Positions 51,355-63,011 of a stretch of DNA of 64,000 nt are shown here, piece by piece. The DNA comes from Podospora anserina (lineage: Eukaryota). The notes below the pieces were generated by a model. It was not told where the DNA came from, did not search any database, and saw nothing but the letters and a program-made list of their open reading frames with translations. Each line of letters starts with the position of its first letter. The stretch's first letter is position 1. The stretch is taken from NCBI GenBank assembly GCA_017654855.1, contig CM030332.1:2542001-2606000 (forward strand), read 5' to 3'. A program made the position numbers and the translations under genes.

Positions 51355-54300
51355 ATGAACGGTCAAGACGACATCAGCTTGCTCTGGGCGGATGCTCTTA
51401 ACGAGTATACCAAGGAAACAGCACGGCCACTTGGTCCTGAGCGTCTTGCTGCCCTCAGCAACATCTTTAGCCCTGAAGAGCTGGGCAAAGTTATCGAGGA
51501 TTCAGGAGCCGAGTTTCGACGTTTTCGTCCTGACAAGCCTCGACTGTGGTCAGCACTCAAGACTTTTGTTGCGCCAGTCTCAACACTTGCAAGAATAGCT
51601 GTTACCCCCGCCTCAGTAGCTGACTTCGGTGTTGCAACGAGTGCCGTTCTCGGCGCAGCCGTATATCTCATCAAAGTTTGCGAAGGCGTCTCCAGCGCTT
51701 ATGACTGGGTCGAGCAGGTATTCCGGGAACTGCACGACTTCACGGAGGGGCTAGACCAATATGTCAATGTCACCATCGATGGTGCGCTGCGGCGAAAGAT
51801 CGTCGCAATTCTCGCTACTATTCTGAAGGTCATCGGGCGGTCCGAATACCTAATCTCCAAGCGACACTTTGATGCCTATCTCCGTGTCATCTTCCTGGGT
51901 AAAGATGAGGCTACCAAGAAACTGATCGACGACTTGAATCGCATTCTTGGCAGCGAACAGAGATACGTCCTCGGCGTGACATATGCAACAGCTCAAAGGA
52001 CTGAGGAGATAGCCAAGACGGTCAGCAACACAGCAAACCAGACTTTGGAGCTTGTCAAGAACAGCGCAGACAGGCATCCAAGGACGAGGATGAAGCGCGC
52101 CTGAGGCAAATTCTTTGCGATACGTCGGCCTGCTCTGGAAACACATGCGCAGCACACTGTCCTCAGTTTTCGACTTGAAGTTCCCTGACGATCGCGATCC
52201 TCTCCTTCCGACAGAATCGAACGAAGACCTGGGAGATGCCAATGACCAAGCGGGCGGCCATTCCATTGCTTACGAAGATGAGGTCACTCTAGAGTTCAAT
52301 TCCGACGACGACGATGAGGATGATGATGAGGATACAGCCTCGGATGGCGATTCAGACGACGAGGACGGCGATATATACAGCATTGTCTTCGCGCGCCAAG
52401 ACAAAGTCCATTCCCAACTCTGGACCGCATGATGAGAGCGATTCCAGTACTGAGCTAAAGGCTCAATCTGAAGCTCTTAGCGAAATGCTAGAGGGGCTGA
52501 ACATTGGCCAGTTGAAGTCCCGCGTCACCTTCTGCCACACACGCATCCGAGACTATCTAGTACGAGAGGGATCCCCCAAGACACGAGACTTCCGCGCGTT
52601 ATCGATTATACCCGAAATCGAAAACGCCCATGTCAACATTGTCATTACCTGTCTTGACATACTTCGTCTGGCGCTGGCGTTGCCAACCGAGTCTGCTTTC
52701 CTATGTGACTACCCATTATGCCACCTTCCGTACCACCTGGAGGAGATTGATAAGGACGCAGTTGCTCCCAGAGATGCGGCCAAGATAGTTGAGGGGCTCT
52801 ACTGGCTGTTTGGGACCGAGAAAGGATGTCTCAGTCTGCTGCAGTCGGTGTTGCAATATGATGAATTTCACGGGTCGCATCGGACATTCTGGAATATGTG
52901 AATTGCCACCGACAAGTACTTCAAAATCGTTCAGGGCTGGCTGGGGCAGGCGGAATGTCTTAAAGATCTCATGACGGGAAACTACGAGGACGACGAGGAC
53001 GATGCTGTGGTGTGGATGCTCTCGGCCGCTGCGTCGCTCCCTGTTCTCCTGCAGCCCATGATGAAGGCTGCGTCCAAGAAGTGGTTCGACAGGCCAGATT
53101 TCAGTGCAGAAACCTACGCCGATAAGGGGAACTGGGTGACCTGGCTGCTTCACGGGTGGCTTAGCTGGGTAAGAACATCACTATTGTCTTTGCAAGTTTA
53201 AAGACTACTAACGTTTGCTCCAGGCTGAAGATGGGAAACCACCCACGGAAGAGCAAGAATTCGAATTAGGAGGAGTTGGTTGGGTTTTGAGCTTCTCACA
53301 CCGGAGCGATTGGAACACGTCGCAGAGTGGGCTAAACGGCCAAAGGATGTGCACTGGCATACCTATCTAGGCTGGATGCTCCTAGAAGGGTCGCATTATG
53401 ACTCAGCTATTGATCACTACAAACAAGCCATCGAGCTCTGCGATGATGCCTGGCCCGCATTGGAAGGTCTCGCCCGGTGTCTTGGAAGCCAAGGCAAGTA
53501 CCAGGAGGCCATTGAGTGGCAAGAAAAGGCCATCAACGCCATTCCAGAAGACTCAACTTGGATCAGCGCCTATCTCTGGCCTCGGTTGGCGAATGGGCCG
53601 ATCTTATTGGAGATGAAGACAAGGCGTAGACGGCGGCCAGGATAGGCTTCCAGACGGAGCCGTATGCCATCCTGGCCACCACGACGTACCTGACGAAACT
53701 CGATCAGCGAGGAGAGTACGCAGAGCTGATGTGGGCTTTCCAGAGCTTGCATGATCTGGAGGACCACCAACGTGAGGGGACAAGCTTGCTTGTTCGCCTG
53801 CTCGTTCACGGCGAATACATAATCTCGCAGATGGGCAACGCCTGTGCACGGAATGGTCGCCCTCAGTTTGCTCTGGACGCCCTTGACAAAGCGCTGGAAG
53901 TTGTCGACGCTGATGATGCACGTGGCTACCTCAAAGTCTGGCTTCCCTACCAAATAGCCACCTTCAAATATCACTATTATGGTCTATGGGAGGGGGTTGC
54001 CAAGCTTTGGGGGATTTTCTTGGAACGACTGTCGGCGAAGGGGGAGAACTTTCAAAGTTACTTCTCCAATTGGAAGAAATGGGCGAGAAACAGGCTCTCG
54101 CAGCATTATTTTGACACGGCAGTTCAGTCGTGGAAGCTAACCAAAGTCTACGGCCGCTCAGCGCGGACAAGCTCAAGGAGCTGGCTGCCGAGGTTTCCAC
54201 CGGGCTGGAGGAGGGGTATGATGGTTTTGACTTGTTCCGCACCGACTATCCGGCCATGATCTGGGGGAGGTGGTCGAGAGTCTACAAGGGCGTGGAGGAA

Positions 54301-54966
54301 TCGGTGTGGAGGAAGTGTTTCCCCGCTGCTGTTCTGGAGGGGCTGAACAGTGTTGATGATGATGATCCCACGAACGATACCGGCGGTTTACAGCACTTGG
54401 CCAAGATATTGCTGCATGCGGGCGACAAGCACAATGCTTCTGCTATTCTGGCCATTCTCTTCAATGGTGTCAAGGCTAAGTCAGAGCAGAGCGCGGTAGA
54501 AGGAGGGAGCGAAGATGACGGCGATAATAACAAGGACCATGCGGGAAGCGGCCAACATTTGAGTCTGGCTGATCCGCCGGCAGAGGCTCGTAGCCAGGAG
54601 ACGCCACCTGAAGCCTCTCCCACCAAGGCAAACGAGTTGCCTCTCAATATCGACGAGGATGCCGGGATTTTTACCTGTGACCATTGTCAGAGGGAAACTG
54701 GCGAGGTTTCCGAGTTATATTATTGCGAGGTGTGTCCAGAGGTGACCAACTGGTGTGGGGAGTGTTTGGCACTTCTGAAGGACCCAGAGCAACGAAGGTC
54801 GATGATGTCCTACAGATGCAGCCCGGAGCACGACTTTTACAGAGTGTGGCCTGTTCCTGATGAGGCGAGATACATAGCTGCGTCGTCGTTTGAGGATGGG
54901 GTCACGGTGAAGAAGGAGTGGTTGGATCAGCTGCGGCGCGAATGGTGGGAGGTCACGAAGGAGTAG
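51355..54966 (+). pseudogene. Degenerate NLR: Goodbye N-terminal domain, NACHT absent, winged-helix remnant, TPRs, C-terminal ZZ-like zinc finger
   Basis: LWADALNEY..FRRFR..VSSAYDWVEQVF (Goodbye); FCHTRIRDYL; TPR YDSAIDHYKQAIEL; CDHC..YYCEVC..WCGEC..H. Coding signal split over several frames with an in-frame TGA at 52899-52901. Confidence 0.85.
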
Positions 54967-57900
54967 ATGTGGCTTAGGGGTTTAAAGGGAACCTCCCAAA
55001 AGACATAAGTAGCCTCACTTCAGTCAATGATGGCTTTGGATTTAATGCAATAGATTTAGTCAAAAAAACACCAGGGTTGTGAAAGCCATAATCCCCCACC
55101 ATTAACTCCGCCCCAGACAGTTGCCAAGTAGATAGGAGCCGGAGACGGCCTTCAACCTCACAACCATTCCGTGCGGCACAAGGCGCGGGGTCGGCAAGCA
55201 AGCACGCAATTCAGCGGCGATGGCGGCGTTGACGAGACCGCTTGATCGGCCGAACCAAGACTAGATGAACTCTTTCGAACAGTCAAGCAAGGCGAAAGAT
55301 CCTTCGACCCAGTTGACGTGACCAGCCAGCTCCTTCTGCTTCCAAGCGCTTTTGACATGCTACTCTGATCTTATCACAAAGGCTAGCAACCGACTGACTG
55401 CCCGGCAACATCATCACGTCATGAAGAAAATTGGCATCACAAGCTCATGGCACCACATGGCGACTCAGTCTTTCACATACGAACGCGAAGTCGACTCATT
55501 CGTCACCTCGATGGGACGGTCTGGTCTAGTTTGGCATGTGAAGCTGAGCAAGGGGAACAGCGTGGAGTTTATAAACTTGACCAAAAACAACTCTCCGGTG
55601 CTATCGAAAAAAAAAATTAGGATAAAAATAGGCACATATTGAAAGAAGCGAACCGACCGGATGTGATTGCTGCCGGTAAAGCACAATGTTGCGCTTGTTT
55701 ATGCAAGACGATCGTTCATGGCTGTTTGGTAGGTCTGATTGGTCAGGCGTCCATGTGGGTCTTGAAGAGAAATCCAATTGTTGCGGGGGACCAGCCGCCA
55801 GCTTTTCTGTCCGGGATCACTTTTGACGACCCAAACTCCGAGACTTTCCCAAAGGAAAAGACGACGCTAATTTTTCTTTCTCTCGATCTGCAAATGCACG
55901 AGGGAAGATGGCTGGCAGGCGGAAGATGGCCGGGCCGGGTGCAGGATATATTCGAAATACCACCGAACAATGAACCTTTTCCCGGTTGCCCGACTTTGAG
56001 CCCACCGCTGTTTACGACATGACGTTTCGCGTGGAATCCGCAAGGTTGTGTTGTAGTTGCTACGGAGAAATAAAAGGACGCCAGTGATGGCCAAGTCGAT
56101 GGCGGGAGATATGGCGGGTAGGGTGAGAATGGGAGTGGTTCGCTGTTGCTTAGGATGGAGATTGCTAATGGCGAGATGCTTCACTCGTCACCCTTCAGTT
56201 CAAGGAATTGCTCGATGCCAAGTTAGACTACGGTCCATCGTCCGATTACAAGTCGCCCTATTCTGGGAAATTTCTCATCCGATGCCTCGATGAATTGAAT
56301 TCGGTTCAAGCTCCGCCGTCTTCCTCGCCACGGAATACAACTTCATCGACATATATATGCAGCAGCAGCGGAATGGACACGCGGGATAGATATAGCTCAA
56401 GCTGTGTAGCCGACAGAGAGGCAGCTGAACACGTTCAAACCCGCTCTGCGCCGCCCGACAACAGCCGGTTTGACGCTATCTAATATATATCTTGAATGCT
56501 GTTCATGTTCCCTACGATCGAGCAGTTCGCTTTGGGGGCGGGGCCCGTGTCCGAACGCAAGCAAGCGGCGGGCAAAGCACAATTGCATTGTGCACGAGCC
56601 ATCAACGGGAACCAGCGCATATCCCTGCTCTACCCCTTTACCCCTGCCAGAACATTCATGGTCCAAGCTCGTCTGATGAAAGTCCTCAAACGGCTTGTGC
56701 TTCAGCAGGCCGCCATAGGGGTGGGACCCGGTCTCAGGACTTACGATGATGGGGTTGCGACAGGAGATGCGACGGTCAAAACTCTGCGAGTACGTCCATT
56801 ATCAAAAACAAGGCATTTCTTCTTTGCAGGCGGCTCAAAAAGGGGTGGGAGGCTTACCTACTTCGTACTTGGTAGGGTTGATCGGAGGATTGCTTCCAGG
56901 TGAGCATACCGCAGCATGTAATTGCTTGCAGAAGGATGCTATCGAAAGCTTGGTGGTATTTTTAAAAAGTGCAAGAAGTCTGGGCGACATGTTGCTCTGT
57001 CAGTGGATTGGCCACGGCTTTATTCTGGTTGCTCGCTCAAAGAGTCGTTCTTGATAAGGGCAAAGTCACTTGACGCTGGTGAAGCGCTGACGAGTTACAG
57101 AATCGATACATGTTCCCTGGAGAGGGCGGGACCGCATGCCCAGAGTGCATGGGACCCCTGCGTCTGATACACGACAAGGCGGGTTGCCATCTCATTGGCT
57201 GACCCCAGCTTGTAACCGCCCTCGGCATGCCCAATCACGCCAGACGGAGCAAGACAGCAACCAGTTTCCCTCATTTCTCGCAAGCTTCCACTGGGAGAGT
57301 CACTATCACCACCCAATTGCTGCTGGGAAATCACGGCGGACAAAAGGCGACGAGGTACATGGACGCTGTACCAATACGCGGCGGTGTGCACACAATGGCA
57401 CGAGGTGAGGCAAGATGGTTCACGGCTAGCACTTGAGGCCTCGGTCTCTGTTCGAGCGACCAGATGTGGCGGCCGATTCCCCAGCAATTGACGGGGCGGG
57501 GATCCACGTTCTTGTACCGTCTGCCGCCCGCCATCTTGCTCGCCATCCGCAATCCGCCTTCAAGCGGCGAAAACAGCCACGAGCGTAATGAGGACTGGCT
57601 GATAATCGCTTGTGCAGAGACGCGGGAGACGGGTCGGGGCCGTGGCTGGTACTGTCCATGAGACATCGAGAAGATCCTGTTTTCCCTTTCTTTTCCCTTT
57701 TCTCTACATCGACAAACATAACAATTCTTTGTGTTTTAAGAAAACACAAGGTCTCTTTCCATGTCACTCCCCCCTCGCTAGGGCACCCACTGTGACTTAC
57801 AGGCATGCGCATGGCCCCATAGCCCGACTTGGTCACTTTTCCCTCAAGGTGCTACCTTGCAAGGTACCTCCCCTGGTCCAGTCTGGCCTGCCCTGTCGCT

Positions 57901-58837
57901 TCTTAAACTCGCATGGTCCCGGACGGGCGTCGATCAAGCAGCCGTCTTTACTCCATACCTACATTACATACAAACCCAAACGCCCCCTTTTGCTTCAAAC
58001 CTCCCCCTTGGGTAAACTTCCACTCTGTCTGATCTCCAGTGCGACCTCCATGCGACGAACACCAGGCCTCTGACCCATGGCCGCCTAGTCCTCGATCCGA
58101 AGTAGAGAAGAAACAACCGCTCGGATGCCCACCATAATCAGAGTTTGACACACGAGACATACCCATCCCCTCTACCCCCTCGACGATTCTCCATCTGATA
58201 CACCAAACCTCGCCCCCCCGGACGCCATCTCCACCACCGTCTCCCTGAACTTGACCCTGCCGAGAACGACCACCCAGCACCGGCCTCGGCAGACGGAGCG
58301 TAGCGGGACCCAATATTAGTCCTTGGGAGCCCCGCTGGCCGTGGGTTTCTTGGGATTCCCTCGCTTTTTCCTGCCTTTCCCTTCTTTCTTCTGCATCCGC
58401 TGGTCGATAGCCTTCTTTCATATCGATCATTCTTTTTTCGTCATACCTTTCGATTCTACCCTTTCAGGCCTTCAGCCCAACCCGCAGGTCCGGAACCTCG
58501 CCCATTTACGCCCTCCATTTTTTTGGTCTCGACGACAACCTTTATTCAGCGCTGTATATTTGTATTGTTTGGGGGTTTTATTCACTTCGCGCCGGGCCGC
58601 TCTTTTTTCTCGACTCAACTCATCTGTGGTAATTTCGTCGGCAGCAAGGAACGAAAAACGTGGTGTAATTTGAGGACTTTTGGGAAACGTCAGCATCATC
58701 AGCATATTCGAAGCGTTTGTGTGATTTTGGAATAGCACGGCAAAGAGCATTTGGGATTTTGTCATTTTTGGGGAATCATCGAAAGCAAGGAACTGTAATT
58801 TTGGAAACGCATCGGTCAATTTTTTTCATCAGTCAAC

Positions 58838-59413
58838 ATGGGAAAGCTTATCAAGAACCACTGGGCGAGGCTCATCATCCTGGCCTCGGCAACTTGTGAG
58901 TTATATCTCGTGAAAAAAAAGGGGGGGTTACTACCGAAGACCAGAAACACTGACATGAGAGAAAATCTAGACCAGATTGCCGCTGCGATAGAAGGGTACT
59001 TCTGGCCCAAGATCCTGTGGGACTTCCTCACCAAGACCCTCGACGGTGCCGTCAAGCCGATACCAGTCCTCCAGACCATCAACCTCATCTGCGGCCTTTT
59101 CCTTCTTGCGTGGGAGTGGCCCCTCAACTTCATCGCCGGCACCAGCATCCACCGCAGTCTCGAAGCCCGTCTCGCATTCCTTCCTCTTTCCGCACTCGCC
59201 GCCGCCCTGCTGTACCAAGGTGCCAACGCTGCGATTTATCAGGTGATTGGACTGGGGGTGTATTTCTGGGCGTACAGTGAAGGAGAGGTACGTTTTATTT
59301 TTCTTCTTCCCCCTCCCCTCTCCTGAACCATCAAACTAACATCCTCTCAACAGATCATCTGCGCAAAGCCATGGACACTACCACAACGAGGCGGAAAGGG
59401 AAGCAGGGCATAA
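58838..59413 (+). CDS. noxD: NoxD/Pro41/HAM-6, p22phox-like membrane subunit of the NoxA complex (144 aa)
   Basis: MGKLIKNHWARLII..YQIAAAIEGYFWPKILWDFLTK..WEWPL..YFWAYSEGEIICAKPWTLP; introns 58896-58970 and 59288-59353. Confidence 0.88.
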
Positions 59414-59850
59414 AAAGCCATCATCTCTTCTGGAGTTTTTACTCAACGCAAAAGCACAAATACAAAAACCGTTTTTAGGTTGTGGCAAAACACATAACCA
59501 AAAGGAGCCTTTTTTTTGTCCCTACCTACATAACCGAAACAAGGACGTTTAGCGCCGACGACGGTGTGAATATCAACCTTCTACCCTTCTTCCACTTATC
59601 TTACAACTCCACATCTCACCAAAAATCTTTTTCTCTTCCTGGCCGAGCCGGAGACAACAATAACCGACACTACTTCCGAGGAACTGTGCAAAGGAAGAAG
59701 AGAAGGGATGATAATATAATGCCTTTTGGGAAGTGAGGGATATGTGAGGAAGAAAAAGGGGAAACGTACATATATACAACGAATGATACCAGATCCCAGC
59801 AAACTTCTTAGAAGAGGATGGATGAGGAGGAAGCAGCAGCAGGCAGTAAA

Positions 59851-59866
59851 GAGAGAGAGAGAGAGA
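59851..59866. repeat. (GA)n microsatellite
   Basis: GAGAGAGAGAGAGAGA, intergenic. Confidence 0.8.
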
Positions 59867-61003
59867 TAGGATGAGGAGGAGCAGGGGGAAGGAAGCTTTC
59901 TATTTTTTCATGAATATACTAGTATTTCTTATTCTATCATGATGAACATTTCCTTTCTTTACCATGAACAACAGCGATGATGGTGGTTGCATTTGCATGA
60001 GAGGGAGCAGGAGGGGCAGTGCAGGGAGGATATCTTAGGGGTTGTGTTGTATATCCAAGATGTGGAGCTGTAAAAATCTCAACAACACATGAATACATCG
60101 CCTCCGTTGTGGTAAACGCTGACAACAACTGTCTTCATGGCAATCGTCGGCTGATGTGAAATTCCATCTTTGCATGTGTAACCTCAATCATGACCAACTC
60201 CTTCACATCTCAATTTCACCACACCCGTGGACTCAACTTCGAAATCCATGAAAGCATTTCTCGCAGTGGGTTGGTTACACACCGACAAAATCCAGTCCCA
60301 TTCCATGATCCCACCAAACCTCACCAACTTTTATCATCCTTGCTCAATTTTCACTCCCTTTCCTTACCTACCTAGACACCTCACTCGGTATAAATTTCAT
60401 TCTACAACCTCTCCCAATCTCTCTCCCTTGGGTCACCTCTCACTCACTCGCCGAAACTCAAAATCCATAAATAGCACTTTCCAAAATCTCGGAAAGAAAA
60501 AAGAAGGCTCCTCATGTCCTACAAAAACTCCGGCGGCTCACGAATCAACTTTGTGACACCAAACTGAGACACCTTCTCACTGGCTACCTCGAAAGTTCTG
60601 GATGTTTTCATCTGCGGGTGGCGCCCAGCCTTTCTCTTGTCTCACATTTCACCGACACAACCGTCATCACGTGGCTCACAAGCGCCCAGCATACTTCTGT
60701 AACACATTTCATACCAACAGACATCAGTTAATCAAAAAGTCATCTCAGATCATGTCATTGTTTGGCGTGGTATCTAAAGGCTACCCATTCCCTTAGGGTT
60801 AAATAACTCCTACGCCCCTTCACAAGATATTCCCCAATCCAGCCATCACCTTTCGCCTCGCTCCAATGTAACGATCCCAATTCCGTGATTTCGTCCAGGA
60901 GTAGTATCGGTGTAACTGGGATTGATTTAATCGAATGTATTAATGGGTAGGAAGCAGACAGCGATTGATCTCGCCAGGAGGTGGCAAGTGAGATGTTGGT
61001 TGC

Positions 61004-61873
61004 TTATCTGCCGCTGCCGATAGCGTTGGCATCGTTTCTGAAGCCCTGGCGCTCTTGCAACTATATCAAAGAGATTCGTTAGCGATCATGTTTCGTATAG
61101 TTTGGTTGATGTCGTGGAGTAAATTTTATGAGCCAGCCTCCACCAGCGCTGTCAAACATGAGATGGTTGCTGGCGACTCAACATGGCCAGTCGGCCACCT
61201 CGCACCCGAGCGGCTCAGCGTGGGGCTCCGCAAACCACACTGCGAAGCCCAGTTTCGCGAGTCGCCAGGCCGGCCGCCCAGTCTCTCGCATCTGAAGCCA
61301 AACGGCGTAGCAGAAGCTTATACAGGCGACCTCATCCGCGAAACTGGCGAGGCGGCCGCGGCGGCCGGATGATGACAGTGGCTTATTTGACATGCTGGAG
61401 CCTTGCCTGATTCCACCTCCCACCAGCAAAAGAACACGAAAGGGAAGAGAAGCAAACACCGCTTCAAGTTTCACATACCTCAAACTCCTGCAGTGTGCCC
61501 TTCTCCAAAATCTTAATCACGGCCTCATCCTCGTTGGAAGTACCAAACTCGTTCTCAAGCAGGGCATTCGAGGCACCCTCAAGTCTGCCGTGGGGCCCGT
61601 GGCTGTTTCTCTTGTCAGTACTTTGCACACAGTGTATTTATTGCGTCATTCATGTCGCACAACCCGACATAGTATTGCGGGGTAAATTTGACGAGGAGGA
61701 GTAACTCACCGGTGAGTAGCAAAGACCTTGAAAGAAGAGACAACCTGGGCGAGGGGGGTCGATCTGTCAGAAACCCACTTCTGGTAGTCCTCAACACTGT
61801 CGACAACGACGACAAAGTCATCGTGCTCGCCCTTGAAGAAAACCTTGGCGCGGGTAGCCTCTCCACGAGTCAT
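61004..61873 (-). CDS. RTC3: RTC3/YHR087W-like protein (SBDS/SDO1 N-terminal fold); missed by the ORF track
   Basis: Exons 61873-61710, 61602-61479, 61060-61004: MTRGEATRAKVFFKGEHDDFVVVVDSVEDYQKW..LAQVVSSFKVF..ASNALLENEFGT..IKILEKG..LQERQGFRND..*; probable 5'-UTR intron 62017-62091. Confidence 0.87.
61143..61398 (-). ncRNA. Putative structured intronic RNA element (unknown class) in intron 2 of the RTC3-like gene
   Basis: At least six helices of 9-12 bp in 256 nt; the single mismatches in three helices are G-U pairs on the transcribed (-) strand but A-C on the + strand. Confidence 0.6.
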
Positions 61874-63011
61874 TTTGGCGGTTTGTTTGTGTGGTGTTTA
61901 CTGAAAAGTTGGGGTGTTCAGGTAGATGTTGCTGCGGTATATCGCAAGCTGGAGCTGTTCGTTGATAGTGTTGTGGTTGTTCGTGGGGTTGGTCAAGTAG
62001 TCGTTGGAGCAAGTTGCTGTGGATGGGGAACACTAGTCAGTTGTTGTTGCTTTGTGTGAAGAAGAGAAGAGGAGGAGGCCGGTCAACTAACCTTTTATTA
62101 CTTGCGGAAAATTATTCTCAAAGTTCGGATTTTGTTGATGGATGGGAATTGTGTTGTGAGTGGGAGTTGCTTTGTTCGCTCCTGCTCTTCATATAAGAGC
62201 AACCAAAGGGCTGCTCCCACAACTACGTCATAGGTGACGATAGAGCTTGGTTCCTAATTGGGAAGGGGCGGCCCGCAATTTGATTCACATGGTGGATCTG
62301 TGCCCCGCAATGGCCGGCGGCACTGGATGAATAAGCTCAGCCCCGCCAGATTCACGGCTCTCTTGGCACCACCTGGCTACACGAATGGCGTCATCTTGCA
62401 AGCTGTCAAGGAGCGAGGAAAGGTACGATTCATTCCAACTGATGGTCCGCCGCCTTGGAAGCTTCACGAGGGGTCCCCGATTACTGCTCCAAGAGCTTCC
62501 AGAAATCCAACCGCGCATGTCAAAACCCAGATCTGCTCCCCTCCCGTGCCTCCACAAATGGATCCCCGCCCATTCACGCAGCCTCCCGAGTTTGCCTAAC
62601 CCATCTACGTCACTGCCCCTGATCTCAAGGCACCATCTTGCTCTGGATCACTGGAACATTCCGACGGAGCACCAAGATGGCGTGGTTGACAGCTGGCTCA
62701 ACAAACATCTCACGTGTGCAACAGTTCGCCCTTGGCAAAGCTCTTGTAACGCCTCACTTTTAGTCAGATAACACGTTTGCTGCCATTTGCCGTGTCCGCC
62801 AGTGACTAAATCATAACTACAAACCCCACCAAGTAAACACAACAACCACCATATTATGTATGCCTCAACAGACGCCGTAGTAGTGATGAATCAACCGATA
62901 AAGAGGGGGTATCAAATGCTTTTCAAAACCTGATGGACCAAAAAACCAAAAAAAAACCTCATGCTTGCTTCTTCTCTGGTATCATATTTCCTTCTTTTCC
63001 GCCCATGCCCC

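Noticed and set aside
51355-54966. RIP as the cause of NLR pseudogenisation
   Set aside because: Lesions are mostly indels and one likely TGG>TGA change; no visible AT or TpA enrichment.
61143-61398. Known RNA identity (TPP riboswitch, RNase P/MRP, SRP, HDV-like ribozyme, C/D snoRNA) for the structured intron
   Set aside because: The hallmark conserved motifs of these families were not found by eye on either strand; needs Infernal to exclude formally.
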